From Nostoc sp. DedSLP01 (GTDB taxonomy: Bacteria; Cyanobacteriota; Cyanobacteriia; Cyanobacteriales; Nostocaceae): a stretch of 64,000 nt of DNA. The notes below the pieces were generated by a model. The model was not told where the DNA came from and searched no databases. It worked only from the letters and a program-made list of their open reading frames with translations. Position numbers and translations under genes: made by a program. This document shows, piece after piece, positions 20,965-31,182 of this stretch (positions are counted from its first letter, which is position 1; each line of letters begins with the position of its first letter). The stretch spans positions 256,001 to 320,000 of the forward strand of contig JAVRCJ020000003.1 of the NCBI GenBank assembly GCA_034530875.2, read 5' to 3'.

Positions 20965-21640
20965 AGATTTGCCCCAATGGAAATAGTAGGTATAAACCAG
21001 ACAGTAACAGCCTGTCAGTTTGAACGCTTTGGATTTCGGTCACACCTTCTCAAAAATTTGACCTCCCACTTCAGTAAAAAAAACAACAAATATTAAGAAG
21101 GTTAGTTTGAAGGGACTGAGATCAAAATCACCATCGAAGCTTGTGCCCTAGAGTTAACAACTAAAGACTATGCAGTTTGTAGGTAGGTAGTTGCTGTATA
21201 GCAGTAGCGTCCCGTATTTTCGCAGCCTCCCAGTTAGAATTTAGGACTAATATCTGGGCAAAAGTGGCTTAGTATATGGATAGAGCAAAGTTTGAGAGCT
21301 TTAACTATAAGTCGATCTTAGATACTGTTTGTCAGTAGGCGATCGCTAAATTTTTAGAGAATACTCGTTCTTAACATTTAAGCGAGTCAAAATGGATTGA
21401 GGAACTTTTGTATGAATCCATTCATCAGGTTTCATCAGTTGCTTGCATTTATCCTGCTCTAGAAATCTTGGTGAACGCACACTGAACTTGTTAAGTGATT
21501 AACTTGTTTATTGACTACATGTAGTTTTCACTAGAGTTATTTCTCAAAATTTCTTTCTACATGTAATTACTTACTAGAATACCACGAGAAAAGCGTGTTG
21601 CAAATTTATCGCCGCACTTCATCAAAAATTTACTTACCGA

Positions 21641-21810
21641 AAATCTACTTAAACCAAAACTTCATACAATAGACATTCTGTTGTATCTCAATTTTTATTT
21701 GTAGAAATTTTGAAATTTTTTAAGTGCTTGATAGGGAAATTGTAAAAACGGCAATTCAACATTAAAAATTTATTTGAATAAAATCTATCTAAACCAAAAC
21801 TTCATACAAT
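21641..21810. repeat. 30-bp direct repeat, copies at 21641-21670 and 21781-21810
   Basis: AAATCTA(CT/TC)TAAACCAAAACTTCATACAAT, 28/30 identical, period 140 bp. Confidence 0.85.
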
Positions 21811-22367
21811 TGAACTGCTTTAAAAATTCTTAATAGTATTTTATCAGTCAATAAGAAAACTTTTTTCATACTTAATTGTGGTTTTTTATCGAAATTAGTT
21901 TTTTCAAAACCACATTTATTATGAAGCATTGCAAACTAGGGAATTATTAATTTTTGTTTATAATAACAATTGAATTTGTCTTATAGATCTGAATATTTTC
22001 AGATTTTAATATTATAGATATAACTTATTTCCACAGTTATTTGTAGATAAAAAACCTACAAAAACTCTCAACATTGGCTTAATTTCTCAATATGAATGAA
22101 TACAAGAGTTAGCTATAAATTAAATCGAAAAAATTGTAGTGATTTATCGATGTAAAAGCTGCACAATATTTGCCATCAAGTTAATTTCCTAAAGAATAAA
22201 GTCAAACAATCTTCTTGAAAGGGATTTAACTATTAAAAAAGTCAGATCGAAGCAATCAAAAGCATACTTACAAGCACAAAAGCTCCTGGGGACAGCACTT
22301 TTGGGTTAGCTGTCTCATTGTTTCCAGGAGTTTAAAGCTGAGAAAATTTTATTGTTAGTGGTTGAGT

Positions 22368-22622
22368 TCATTTAGCTGCTTTGGGTGGTTTTCCTGTGAC
22401 TTGAGTTTGTTTAGAGTCATTGTCTTGCAAGAGTTTGTTAGTAATAATCAAGACAATAATTAACAATGCGCACTGAATTTGCCAAGGTGCTAATACTAAA
22501 CTCAAAATCAAGCTAATAGCTGCAAAAACACCTGCAAGATATGCAATCTCATCAGTACTCTTTTTAAACAAGTAGCCAGTAGCTAAAGCAGTACAAAGTG
22601 GTATTAAGAAAAACAGAGCCAT
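22368..22622 (-). CDS. Small hypothetical membrane protein
   Basis: 84 aa with 2-3 hydrophobic segments (LSLVLAPWQIQ); downstream hairpin about 22283-22332. Confidence 0.75.
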   Translation of the reverse strand: MALFFLIPLCTALATGYLFKKSTDEIAYLAGVFAAISLILSLVLAPWQIQCALLIIVLIITNKLLQDNDSKQTQVTGKPPKAAK

Positions 22623-23060
22623 GTCAATTACCTACGGATGGAAATTATGGTATTTATAAAAAATTGAAGTGGTTTTTGGAATTGTGGTTCATTCTACATC
22701 TAAGGACGTTTGAGCCACAACAGTCCATCGATATAAATCTTATAAAAATTCAAGATTACGCAATCTCGTATTTTCGAGCTTCGTTAGGAAGGCAAAAATA
22801 CGGACGTCAGTTCTATGCTACTTGGGGGGATGAGGGGGATTGTAAATTTTTAGAATTGGCACTTCCAAAGTCTCGGATACCAGTGAGATTCTACTGAAGC
22901 CAGCAATTAACTAGCTACATTAGGATAAATTCTTTTCCTGTGCTGTCAGCATAGGTAGCTGCCTTTTACTTATCTGCTAAATTAGCTTAAAACTTTGGGC
23001 TGTCCAAAAAACGATTTAGCATATTACCTTTAAGAGTAGGATTTTCATCTCAAAGACTCG

Positions 23061-25220
23061 ATGCTGAACATTCCTCAATTACTGGCAACTGAATTAGACC
23101 TTAAACCCCATCAGGTGCAAAACGCGCTAGAACTTTTGGCGGAGGGTGCAACGATTCCGTTTATTGCACGCTACCGTAAAGAGCGCACTAACGAGATGAA
23201 TGAAGTGCAACTTCGCGATCTGGCTGATAGATATACTTATTTAACAGAACTGGAAGAGCGTAAGTCTGTGATTTTAAATGCGATCGCCGAACAAGGTAAA
23301 CTTACAGACGAACTCAAAGCAAAAATCGCATCTTGCTTACAAAAGACAGAACTTGAAGACCTATACTTACCGTATCGACCAAAGCGACGTACCCGCGCCA
23401 CCATCGCCAGGGAAAAAGGACTCGAACCCCTAGCGGAGTTCATTAAGTCACTAAATGTCAAAAATGCAACAACACCTTCCTTGGACTCAGAAGCAGTTAA
23501 GTATATTTCTGAAGCTAAGGGAGTAAAAACAGCAGACGAAGCCCTTAAAGGTGCTGCCGATATTTTAGCGGAAGAGGTAGCTGAAAAAGCCGATCTCCGG
23601 GCATATATCCGCGATTATTTCCTAGAAGAAGGCGTATTTGTCTCCCGCATCAAAGACGATTATCCTGAAGGTACAACCAAATTTGAGATGTACCGTAACT
23701 ATCAAATCAAGGTAAAAAATATTGCACCGCACAATATGCTGGCATTGTGTCGGGGTGAAGCTGAGAAAGTATTAACCTTTGAAATTGCTTTCGATGAAGA
23801 TACGGTACTTTATTATCTGGAGTCCCAAGAAATTAAAACCAAAGTCAGGACAATTCGGGATTTTTATCAAGCAATGTTGAAAGATGCATTCAATCGTTTA
23901 ATGAAAGCATCTTTAATGGGTGAAGTGATTGCTGAGAAAAAAGCTTACGCAGACATGGAATCAATCAAGACATTTGAGGCAAATCTTCGAGAGTTGCTGT
24001 TGTCTGCACCAGCCGGAATGAAACCAACCTTAGCCATAGATCCTGGATTTAGAACTGGGTGTAAAGTTGTAGTACTCGACCAAACAGGGAAATTTTTGGA
24101 ATACCAAGCAATATTTCCCCATCAAGCGGCGGAACAAAGACTCAAAGCCGCACAAACCATCAAAAATCTGATTGAAAAGTACAAAATTGAGTTAATCGCC
24201 ATTGGTAACGGTACAGCGTCCCGGGAGACAGACGAATTTGTTTTGGAAGTCTTACAAACTATAGAACGCAAACCAATTAAAGTCATAGTCAATGAGTCTG
24301 GTGCATCTATATATTCTGCGAGTAAAGTGGCGCTGGAAGAATTTCCCGATTTAGATGTTACGGTGCGCGGTGCAATTAGTATCGGCCGGCGTTTGCAAGA
24401 TCCCTTGGCGGAACTGGTGAAAATCGATCCCCAATCCATCGGCGTGGGACAATACCAGCACGATGTCGATCGAAAGTTATTGAAAAAGAAATTGGATGAA
24501 ACCGTAGAAAGCTGCGTTAACTATGTAGGTGTAGACTTAAACACCGCTTCCAAAGAACTGCTAACTTCTGTCTCCGGAATTACGCCAACAGTGGCCAATA
24601 ATATTGTCGCCCATCGCAACCAGCACGGAGCCTTTAAAAATCGCCGCCAACTTTTGAAAGTTCCCAAATTAGGGCCAAAAGCCTTTGAACAAGCAGCGGG
24701 TTTTCTGCGAATTCGCGGTGGTGAAAATCCATTAGATAATACAGCAGTGCATCCAGAGAGTTATTCTGTAGTAGAGGCGATCGCGTCCGATCTAAATGTG
24801 CCATTAAATCAGGTGACGCAAATTGCCGAAAAACTCAAAAAAACCAACCTGAAAAAATACGTCACCGATACTATCGGCGAACCCACACTGCGCGACATCC
24901 TCAGCGAACTAGAAAAACCTGGTAGAGATCCCCGCGCTGAGTTTAAGTATGCCACCTTCAAAGAAGGAATTAAAGAAATTACCGACTTAAAAGAAGGAAT
25001 GGAACTAGAGGGAATCATTACCAATGTCGCTAACTTCGGTGCATTCATTGATATCGGCGTACATCAAGATGGTTTGGTGCATATTTCCCAACTTGCCGAT
25101 CGATTCGTAGACGATCCGAAAAAGATTGTGAAGGTGGGACAAGTTGTGAAAGTTCGGGTACTAGAAGTCAACGAGAAATTAAAGCGAATTAGTTTGTCGA
25201 TGAAAGCAGTTAAGCAGTAA
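23061..25220 (+). CDS. tex: Tex-family RNA-binding transcriptional accessory protein
   Basis: GATIPFIARYRKE, IDPGFRTGCK, GVGQYQHDV, HhH motifs, C-terminal S1 domain. Confidence 0.95.
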   Translation: MLNIPQLLATELDLKPHQVQNALELLAEGATIPFIARYRKERTNEMNEVQLRDLADRYTYLTELEERKSVILNAIAEQGKLTDELKAKIASCLQKTELEDLYLPYRPKRRTRATIAREKGLEPLAEFIKSLNVKNATTPSLDSEAVKYISEAKGVKTADEALKGAADILAEEVAEKADLRAYIRDYFLEEGVFVSRIKDDYPEGTTKFEMYRNYQIKVKNIAPHNMLALCRGEAEKVLTFEIAFDEDTVLYYLESQEIKTKVRTIRDFYQAMLKDAFNRLMKASLMGEVIAEKKAYADMESIKTFEANLRELLLSAPAGMKPTLAIDPGFRTGCKVVVLDQTGKFLEYQAIFPHQAAEQRLKAAQTIKNLIEKYKIELIAIGNGTASRETDEFVLEVLQTIERKPIKVIVNESGASIYSASKVALEEFPDLDVTVRGAISIGRRLQDPLAELVKIDPQSIGVGQYQHDVDRKLLKKKLDETVESCVNYVGVDLNTASKELLTSVSGITPTVANNIVAHRNQHGAFKNRRQLLKVPKLGPKAFEQAAGFLRIRGGENPLDNTAVHPESYSVVEAIASDLNVPLNQVTQIAEKLKKTNLKKYVTDTIGEPTLRDILSELEKPGRDPRAEFKYATFKEGIKEITDLKEGMELEGIITNVANFGAFIDIGVHQDGLVHISQLADRFVDDPKKIVKVGQVVKVRVLEVNEKLKRISLSMKAVKQ

Positions 25221-25233
25221 TTACAAATAGCAG

Positions 25234-25599
25234 ATGGCAATTTATCAAGTCCGACTTATCAATGCTAGTCTGGGATTAGATAGCAATATTGAAGTACCAG
25301 ACGATGAATATATTCTGGATATGGCAGAAGACGCTCATATCCGCCTACCATCTGGGTGCAGACAAGGTGAATGTTCTGCCTGTATCGCTAAACTCGTCAG
25401 CGGTGAAATCGATCAAAGCGAGCAAAAATTTCTGCGCCCTAGTGAAATAGAGGCTGGTTATGTTGTTACTTGTGTAACTTATCCTTTATCTGATTGCACT
25501 TTAGAAACCCATCAAGAACAAGTTTTATATAAATCAGCTCTTTACTATAAACCTGAGTCGTCAAAATCTGAGCGATCGCTACCTGAAAACATTAAATAA
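25234..25599 (+). CDS. Plant-type [2Fe-2S] ferredoxin with C-terminal extension
   Basis: CRQGECSAC...VTC ligand set. Confidence 0.92.
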   Translation: MAIYQVRLINASLGLDSNIEVPDDEYILDMAEDAHIRLPSGCRQGECSACIAKLVSGEIDQSEQKFLRPSEIEAGYVVTCVTYPLSDCTLETHQEQVLYKSALYYKPESSKSERSLPENIK

Positions 25600-25614
25600 A
25601 TCTTAAGTTATTCG

Positions 25615-25642
25615 GGAGCATTAGATATAATGTAATGCTCCT
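25615..25642 (+). terminator. Hairpin after tex-ferredoxin
   Basis: GGAGCATTA...TAATGCTCC stem. Confidence 0.55.
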
Positions 25643-25819
25643 TGAAATCTTAATAACAAAAGACTTTCAACCCTATTGCCTGTTCCCTACTATATATAGT
25701 AATAATGTTCGACCTAAGGATAGAAGGGAATTCTATCTTTCAAGAGAGGTTAAGAACTAGCGCCTAGTTAAAGATGAAAGTAAGAAGTCCAAAGAAAAAA
25801 TCTTTATTAGGTAAAAACA

Positions 25820-26218
25820 ATGTTGACACCATTTTTAACTGCCTTAGCTACAGCTTTAAGCTTGTTAATAGTTGATTTAATTGTTCCAGACGTTGATATT
25901 GCTAATTTTCCCGCAGCTTTAATTGCCGCTTTTGTTATTGGTTTAATTAACGGTTCGCTCAAGCCGCTTCTTTCTACTCTTTCTTTACCACTCAACTTTT
26001 TAACATTTGGAGGATTTTCCCTCATCGTCAACGGTTTTTGCTTCTGGTTAGCAGCAGCTTTAGTTCCTGGATTCTCAGTTCACGGACTTCTCGGTTTTAT
26101 TCTTGGGCCTGTGATTCTATCTTTTGCTAACACCTTGGTTAACAACTACTTTGTTGAAAGAAACCTTTTAACTGGCAGTGGCAATATTAAAAATCAAGGT
26201 GAACTACCTTCTAGATAG
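25820..26218 (+). CDS. Phage-holin-family (DUF360) membrane protein, second paralog in window
   Basis: IGLINGSLKPLL..LSLPLNFLTFG..VNG..VPGF. Confidence 0.85.
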   Translation: MLTPFLTALATALSLLIVDLIVPDVDIANFPAALIAAFVIGLINGSLKPLLSTLSLPLNFLTFGGFSLIVNGFCFWLAAALVPGFSVHGLLGFILGPVILSFANTLVNNYFVERNLLTGSGNIKNQGELPSR

Positions 26219-26364
26219 GTTTCAGTGGGGATAGAAATAGTAATGTATTCGCGCTTCTATTCCCAATTAAATCTCCGAATTAAGATAAATCATTAGATGG
26301 ATTTTCTAATTCGGTATTTTCCAGAGAATGTAATTAAACAAATTCACGCAGTTGTAAAAACATC

Positions 26365-26556
26365 ATGAAAATAGTTCGTTATCTTCTAGGTTTGTTAGTG
26401 CCTCCCTTAGGCGTTTTCTTGACAGTTGGAGTTGGGCCAACATTGATTATTAACATTCTGCTCACACTTCTCGGTTGGCTTCCTGGTAGTATTCATGCAG
26501 TTTGGGCGATTGCTAAACATGACGAACAACTGAGTCGAGAAGGGCGCGTTTACTAA
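26365..26556 (+). CDS. YqaE/Pmp3 proteolipid membrane potential modulator
   Basis: PPLGVFL..INILLTLLGWLPGSIHAVW. Confidence 0.93.
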   Translation: MKIVRYLLGLLVPPLGVFLTVGVGPTLIINILLTLLGWLPGSIHAVWAIAKHDEQLSREGRVY

Positions 26557-26574
26557 TACGTAAGATGAATTAAG

Positions 26575-26607
26575 AAATGGGTGATTGTTGCAGACAATCG
26601 CCCATTT
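26575..26607 (+). terminator. Intrinsic terminator
   Basis: AAATGGGTGATTGT...ACAATCGCCCATTT stem followed by T tract. Confidence 0.7.
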
Positions 26608-26842
26608 TGATTTGAGAATATAAATCTCACGCAGAGGCGCAGAGAGGAAAAAGAGAAGTAATTTGGATAAAATTAAAAAATTGAGTAATTTATATTAAGC
26701 TACGCCTGTAAAAGCATCTGCATCTCACCGATATGATATCTCTGCAACTCTGCGTCTGGAGCGTGAGAAAACCTAATTATTTTTATAAAAAAAAAGTGGT
26801 AATTAACCACCTTTTTTTAGCTAATTTTCTGCAAAAGTACCT

Positions 26843-27649
26843 TTACTTATGGATAGTTTCGCGTTCTTTATCGGCAGGTTCTTTATCTTTAAACAAATCA
26901 GCCGCAGTTAACAGTAATTCTCTCAAGGTTTGCTTGATTTTATATTCTTTTCTAGCTAAAGATGTTCCTGCTTCGCCTAGTTTGCTTTCTAGTTGCGATC
27001 GCTTTTGTTCTACCTGTGTAGCAAGAGTTTCCGCTTGGGGACGAGCTTGATTATACCAGTGTTTGGCCTCGTTTAGATAATCTTGAACCTCCATAGAACG
27101 TCCGCCATAGCGTGCAGCCATATTAGCTCGAACAATGGCTAGCTGCGCTTGCAGTTGCGCGTAACGTTTCTTTAATAATGCCATTTCATCGCTATCTTTA
27201 ATGGCATTAATAGCAGAATCAATGGCAGTTTTTGTAGTAGCGGGTTGTTCCTTGCTTGTCTCTTGAATTTCTGCCAAAATTACATCAACTTCTTGCTGGA
27301 GTTGTTCTTCTTCACCATCTAATTGAGCTTGTAAGCGCTTGATATCAGCCTGGGTTTGAACAATATTTTCGTGTCTTTTACTATTAATTCCTTCTAAAGC
27401 TCCTTCAATAGAAGCTGTAACTTCATCTTTAAGTTCGCTACCTTTTTCTTGAAAGTTTTCAACTACAGCAGAAACCGCATCTCTAACCAGACTACGAATT
27501 TCACTAGAACCTTGTTTGAACTCAGAAGCTACTTGAGAAACTGCGGATTTAACAATTTCTCGAATCCTTTCAGTTCTTAATTGTCCGGTTTCTTTAGCTT
27601 GTTGCAAGTCTGTTTGAATTTGTTGTTTGATATTGTTAGGCATTTTCAA
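26843..27649 (-). CDS. Hypothetical coiled-coil protein
   Basis: 268-aa ORF, Q/E/A-rich and helical. Confidence 0.75.
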   Translation of the reverse strand: MKMPNNIKQQIQTDLQQAKETGQLRTERIREIVKSAVSQVASEFKQGSSEIRSLVRDAVSAVVENFQEKGSELKDEVTASIEGALEGINSKRHENIVQTQADIKRLQAQLDGEEEQLQQEVDVILAEIQETSKEQPATTKTAIDSAINAIKDSDEMALLKKRYAQLQAQLAIVRANMAARYGGRSMEVQDYLNEAKHWYNQARPQAETLATQVEQKRSQLESKLGEAGTSLARKEYKIKQTLRELLLTAADLFKDKEPADKERETIHK

Positions 27650-27824
27650 CTCTGTAGATTTAACTAATTGGGATAAAAATTTATAGACATCGTTCTATAT
27701 ACTGATTATGGCGCGGGCATATTTGGCCAGGCACTTCCTTTAGATAGATAACCCCAAACCCTAAAGAAGTGTTACCTATTTGTGAGATGATGAATATTCG
27801 CTGGTATTAATTGAGGATTGAAAT

Positions 27825-28049
27825 ATGTGGCGAGTAAATATTAGTTGTTCTGGAGACGCTTGGAAGATATATAGTACTGAATTTAAGGCGATCGCTGAAA
27901 AATACCAAGGTGAATTAATCGGTTCCAAAAAAATGCCAGATGGCACGCGCATCATGTCATATAAGATTGAGGATGTGAGCGATGCTGAAGCTTTTCAAGA
28001 AGAGTGTACGCAATTTGTTGGATTTATATCTGACTTTGAATCTCTGTAA
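27825..28049 (+). CDS. Small hypothetical protein
   Basis: 74 aa; GAGG RBS; upstream of the cytochrome gene on the same strand. Confidence 0.7.
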   Translation: MWRVNISCSGDAWKIYSTEFKAIAEKYQGELIGSKKMPDGTRIMSYKIEDVSDAEAFQEECTQFVGFISDFESL

Positions 28050-28103
28050 TATTTGTTTTGTAAATTATTTTTATAACAGTATTTCCCAATTTGGAGAAGC
28101 TAA

Positions 28104-28439
28104 GTGAAAAAAATCGTAACTTTGGTATTAGTAACTTTTTTATTATTAATAAGTAACTTTACGTTACCAGCTATTGCAGCAGACACAATTAATGGCGAAC
28201 AAATATTCAGCGTTCATTGTGCTGGTTGTCATATTAATGGTAGTAACATAATCAGGCGAGGTAAAAATCTCAAAAAACAAGCGCTGAAGAAATATGGTAT
28301 GGATTCAATAGAGGCAGTAATATCTATAGTTACCAATGGTAAAAGTAATATGTCAGCCTACAAAGACCGCCTGAGCGAACAGCAAATTCAAGATGTTGCT
28401 GCTTATGTTCTTGAGCAAGCTGAAAAAGGCTGGCGTTAA
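28104..28439 (+). CDS. petJ: Cytochrome c6-like protein (c6B/c6C-type)
   Basis: Signal peptide, CAGCH heme motif, axial Met in NGKSNMSAY, QAEKGW end. Confidence 0.9.
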   Translation: MKKIVTLVLVTFLLLISNFTLPAIAADTINGEQIFSVHCAGCHINGSNIIRRGKNLKKQALKKYGMDSIEAVISIVTNGKSNMSAYKDRLSEQQIQDVAAYVLEQAEKGWR

Positions 28440-28608
28440 AAAAAGTTAGGAGTTAAGAATTAGGAGTTAGGACTTAAGACTTTACCGCTTATTAACTCTA
28501 AGAATCCAAAATCATTCATAATTAAAGTATAAAACTTAAAAAACTGTAAAAGCCCTTGTCTACTCACTAATTATTAACTATTCTAACTCCTAACTTCTCA
28601 CTTCTAAC

Positions 28609-29634
28609 TTGAAAATGAACTTACCCGCAGCTAGTCGTCTCCAATTTACTCCTGATTTAAACATTTGCCGCATATTAAATGGTATGTGGCAAGTCTCTGG
28701 CGCGCACGGACGTATTAATCCCCAAGCTGCCATTGATAGTATGTTTAAATATTTAGATGCAGGCTTTACCACTTGGGATTTAGCAGACCATTACGGTCCC
28801 GCAGAAGATTTTATTGGTGAGTTTCGCTGTCAATTAGTTGATACCCGTGGCAAAGATGCTTTATCGCAAATCCAAGCTTTTACAAAATGGGTACCTCGTC
28901 CGGGGAAAATGACCAAGAAATTCGTCGAGGAAAATATTGATATTTCCTTGAGAAGAATGAATGTGCAATCATTAGATTTGATGCAATTCCATTGGTGGGA
29001 ATATCGAGATAAAAATTATCTAGATGCCCTCAAATATATGGCAGAACTGCAAATTGAGGGCAAAATTAAGCATTTAGCGTTGACAAATTTTGACACCGAA
29101 CACTTAAAAATCATCACAGAAGCAGGGATTAAAATTGTTTCTAACCAAGTACAATTTTCATTGGTCGATCGCCGTCCGGAAGTGAAGATGATTGAATTTT
29201 GTCAACAGCATGATATCAAACTTTTTACTTACGGTACAGTTTGCGGTGGTTTGTTGTCAGAAAACTACTTGGGGAAATCAGAACCGCGAGGGTTTGATTT
29301 AGCTACCGCGAGCCTGAAAAAATACAAAAATACGATCGATGCTTGGGGTGGCTGGCAATTATTTCAAGAGTTGCTTGCTATTCTCAAAGAAATCGCAAAT
29401 AAGTATGGTGTAAGCATTGCTAATGTGGCAGTGCGTTACATTTTAGATCGACCAACTGTGGGAGGTGTGATAGTTGGTGCCAGACTTGGGGTATCCGAAC
29501 ATATAGAAGATAACGCCAAAGTCTTTAGTTTTAGTTTAGATGCTGAGGATTGCGATCGTATTAATGCTGTCTCTCGCCAATCACGCGATTTGTATCAGCT
29601 AATCGGCGATTGTGGAGATGAATATCGGCGATAA
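28609..29634 (+). CDS. Aldo/keto reductase
   Basis: GMWQ, DLADHYG, LDLMQFHWW, SNQVQFSL. Confidence 0.92.
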   Translation: MKMNLPAASRLQFTPDLNICRILNGMWQVSGAHGRINPQAAIDSMFKYLDAGFTTWDLADHYGPAEDFIGEFRCQLVDTRGKDALSQIQAFTKWVPRPGKMTKKFVEENIDISLRRMNVQSLDLMQFHWWEYRDKNYLDALKYMAELQIEGKIKHLALTNFDTEHLKIITEAGIKIVSNQVQFSLVDRRPEVKMIEFCQQHDIKLFTYGTVCGGLLSENYLGKSEPRGFDLATASLKKYKNTIDAWGGWQLFQELLAILKEIANKYGVSIANVAVRYILDRPTVGGVIVGARLGVSEHIEDNAKVFSFSLDAEDCDRINAVSRQSRDLYQLIGDCGDEYRR

Positions 29635-29802
29635 TACAGCAATTATATTTTAGATTTTGGATTTTGGATTGAAGATTCAAAATCCAAAATTCAAACAGCT
29701 TTGAAGCCTCTGAATTCATTCTATGACAGCTATTTTCCCGCATGTAGAAAAATTCAAATATATGCGTTTTTTATTGGGAATCGCGCTACATCTATTGCTA
29801 CA

Positions 29803-31182
29803 TTAATTTAGTCTATCTAGCGGTTGTTGAATCAATGCTTGAAAGCGTTTATCTTCCCGAATATTATCAAAATCCGAGTTGCTTTTTACCCATTCACGGC
29901 ATTCCTCAGGATTTATGTTGATAGCTTGCTGTAGATTTTCAACTGCTAATTCGACATTGTTCTGTAAAGCATAACAGTAAGCCTTGTTGTACCAAGCTTC
30001 GTGGTAATCAGGTTTAAATTGCAGTGCTTGGTCGTAGGATGCCATCGCTTCTTGATAGCGTCCTAATTCATCTAGCACATTGCCCCGATTGTACCAAGCT
30101 TGGTGGTCATCAGGTTTAAATTTCAGTGCTTGGTCGTAGGATACGATCGCTTCTTGGTAGCGTGCTAATTTACCTAGCGCATTGCCCCGATTGTACCAAG
30201 CTTCGTGGTAATCAGGTTTAAAATTTAGTGCTTGGTCGTAGGATGCGATCGCTTCTTGGTAGCGTCCTAATTCATCTAGCGCATTACCTTTACCATTCCA
30301 AGCATAGTGATAATCTGATTGAATTTTTAGTGCTTGTTTATAGGATGCGACTGCTTCTTCATACCGTCCTAAATTCATTAGCGCGTTACCTTTACCATTC
30401 CAAGCATAGTGATAATCTGGTTGAATTTTTAGTGCTTGGTTGTAGTATGTAATAGATCCTTCAAATTCGTTAGCAGCAATTAATAAATTCCCCATTTTAA
30501 ATAATAAATTTGATTTCCGAATTAATTTTTGATGTGTTTCAGCAAGAAGTTCTTGAATTTCCAAAATTTTCTCTATTTTTTGTTGATGACTGAGTTGCAA
30601 ATATTGCTCATAATCTCGTTCTAACAACAGGCGATTTGATTCTTGTTCTAATAATTTTGGCGTTGTAACTAATTCAAATACACCTGAGCGCCAATCAAAA
30701 AAATCTGGAGCGCGATGAATAAAATAGTTTATAGAAAATGAACGCAACAGAAAAACAAAGCTAATTGGAAAATCATCTCTAAAGCGTTCTCGCTGTTGAT
30801 TTAAATTATTTAAAATATGCGGAACACTCGTTAAATTGCTAAATTGTCCTTCACTAATTTCTCCAAAAGTTCTTTGCTCATACTTATACAAAGAATATTC
30901 CAGACCTTTTATCAATAAAATATCAATTTGCTTATCTTTAATAAACTCTGCCACTCGCTCATATAAATTATCAATTGCCTCAACCAAGCGTAAAACTGCA
31001 ATCTTCTTATGCGGAATTTCCTGGGGAAGTTTGGCAATAAATTTGTCTGCTTCCACAGGTGTACATTGGACAAAAAACAAACCAAATCCTGATTTTCGCT
31101 TCAGTGCGCGAAGCAAATCTTGATAAGCTTCTTCTGGTTCTGGGGGTAAATCATCATCCCAATCACTTAAATCTGGGTTCAT
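29803..31182 (-). CDS. TPR protein with N-terminal degenerate P-loop-like domain
   Basis: AWYNRGNAL..LGRYQEA..SYDQAL..KPD repeats; N-terminal LNQQRE..APDFFDWRS domain. Confidence 0.9.
   Translation of the reverse strand: MNPDLSDWDDDLPPEPEEAYQDLLRALKRKSGFGLFFVQCTPVEADKFIAKLPQEIPHKKIAVLRLVEAIDNLYERVAEFIKDKQIDILLIKGLEYSLYKYEQRTFGEISEGQFSNLTSVPHILNNLNQQRERFRDDFPISFVFLLRSFSINYFIHRAPDFFDWRSGVFELVTTPKLLEQESNRLLLERDYEQYLQLSHQQKIEKILEIQELLAETHQKLIRKSNLLFKMGNLLIAANEFEGSITYYNQALKIQPDYHYAWNGKGNALMNLGRYEEAVASYKQALKIQSDYHYAWNGKGNALDELGRYQEAIASYDQALNFKPDYHEAWYNRGNALGKLARYQEAIVSYDQALKFKPDDHQAWYNRGNVLDELGRYQEAMASYDQALQFKPDYHEAWYNKAYCYALQNNVELAVENLQQAININPEECREWVKSNSDFDNIREDKRFQALIQQPLDRLN
29985..30450 (-). 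repeat. 102-bp tandem repeats encoding TPR units
   Basis: About 4.5 highly similar units at 102-bp spacing. Confidence 0.85.

Noticed and set aside
21185..21240. Minus-strand GCGAAAATACGGGACGC resembling a c-di-GMP-I riboswitch
   Set aside because: No GGCAAA-initiated stem closing a GAAA loop and no second hairpin
22598..22897. 99-aa plus-strand ORF
   Set aside because: Overlaps the start and promoter of the opposite-strand gene; no RBS or recognisable motif
29985..30450. Regularly spaced repeats as a possible CRISPR array
   Set aside because: They are in-frame 102-bp TPR units with no unique spacers, and no cas genes are present
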